From positions 70,249 through 134,248 of the forward strand of contig DASSFI010000080.1 in the NCBI GenBank assembly GCA_035694465.1: 64,000 nt of DNA, given 5' to 3'. This stretch comes from Pyrinomonadaceae bacterium (GTDB lineage Bacteria; Acidobacteriota; Blastocatellia; Pyrinomonadales; Pyrinomonadaceae). A program made the translations under genes and the position numbers. The number at the start of each line of letters is the position of its first letter. The stretch's first letter is position 1. Positions 63,899 to 64,000 of the stretch are shown piece by piece. The notes below the pieces were generated by a model that searched no databases, was not told the DNA's origin, and worked only from the letters and a program-made list of their open reading frames with translations.

Positions 63899-64000
63899 AC
63901 CTCGCCGTCGTGCTGGCTGAACAAAAGCATGCCGCTACCGAGAAATCACTAAGTTGTTTTTATGTTGAGACCGAGAAAACGCGAGGTCTCAGGAACGTAA

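Noticed and set aside
63966-63991. 7-bp hairpin tgagacc/ggtctca upstream of the 1580-aa gene as a terminator
   Set aside because: Short stem, no U tract on either strand, and the neighbouring gene lies outside the window, so it cannot be interpreted.

Overview
About 54 protein-coding genes on a roughly mid-50s % GC chromosomal segment (GC judged by eye). No rRNA, tRNA, CRISPR array, transposase or integrase was recognised. Gene content, especially Oar-type TonB-dependent barrels and dense Ser/Thr-kinase and c-di-GMP signalling, suggests an Acidobacteriota-like bacterium; that is inference only. All calls come from reading the ORF translations and the DNA by eye, with no database search. Layout: (1) 1-9.1 kb, a 13-gene same-strand aa3-type haem-copper oxidase operon: ctaA, ctaB, subunits II and I, three subunit-III paralogues, subunit IV, two translationally coupled mini-proteins, a DUF420 protein and a HEAT protein. 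(2) 9.1-14.8 kb: ferredoxin, stress protein, M14 peptidase, FtsH. (3) 14.8-18.2 kb: pdhABC. (4) 18.4-28.6 kb: a membrane HD-GYP/GAF/GGDEF hybrid, a YyaL-like protein, ETF-QO, rpoZ-gmk-yicC and an MsbA-like exporter. (5) 28.8-35.7 kb: two two-component modules interleaved with an OmpA-like coiled-coil protein and a secreted protein. (6) 35.8-37.8 kb: an apparently AT-richer ~2-kb insert bounded by 67-bp direct repeats, carrying a TPR plus Fis-HTH regulator and a divergent 59-aa signal-peptide ORF. (7) 37.8-44.7 kb: an O-methyltransferase and an Opp/Dpp-type ABC importer. (8) 44.9-50.6 kb: an operon of PocR-GAF-GGDEF, a degenerate-ATPase/RsbW-like protein, a STAS protein and GAF-HD-GYP. (9) 50.6-59.0 kb: a FHA/PBP/SEDS/PP2C/STPK/FHA cell-wall signalling cluster. 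(10) 59.2-63.9 kb: a 1580-aa VIT-vWA module fused to a TonB-dependent-type barrel. Three families of phased short-unit repeats (cores CACAGATT, GCACAAAA, ACAGGAT) sit in many of the intergenic gaps. The best candidates for something undescribed are the c-di-GMP partner-switch operon, the VIT-vWA-barrel fusion, the repeat-bounded TPR-HTH/peptide islet and the repeat families.
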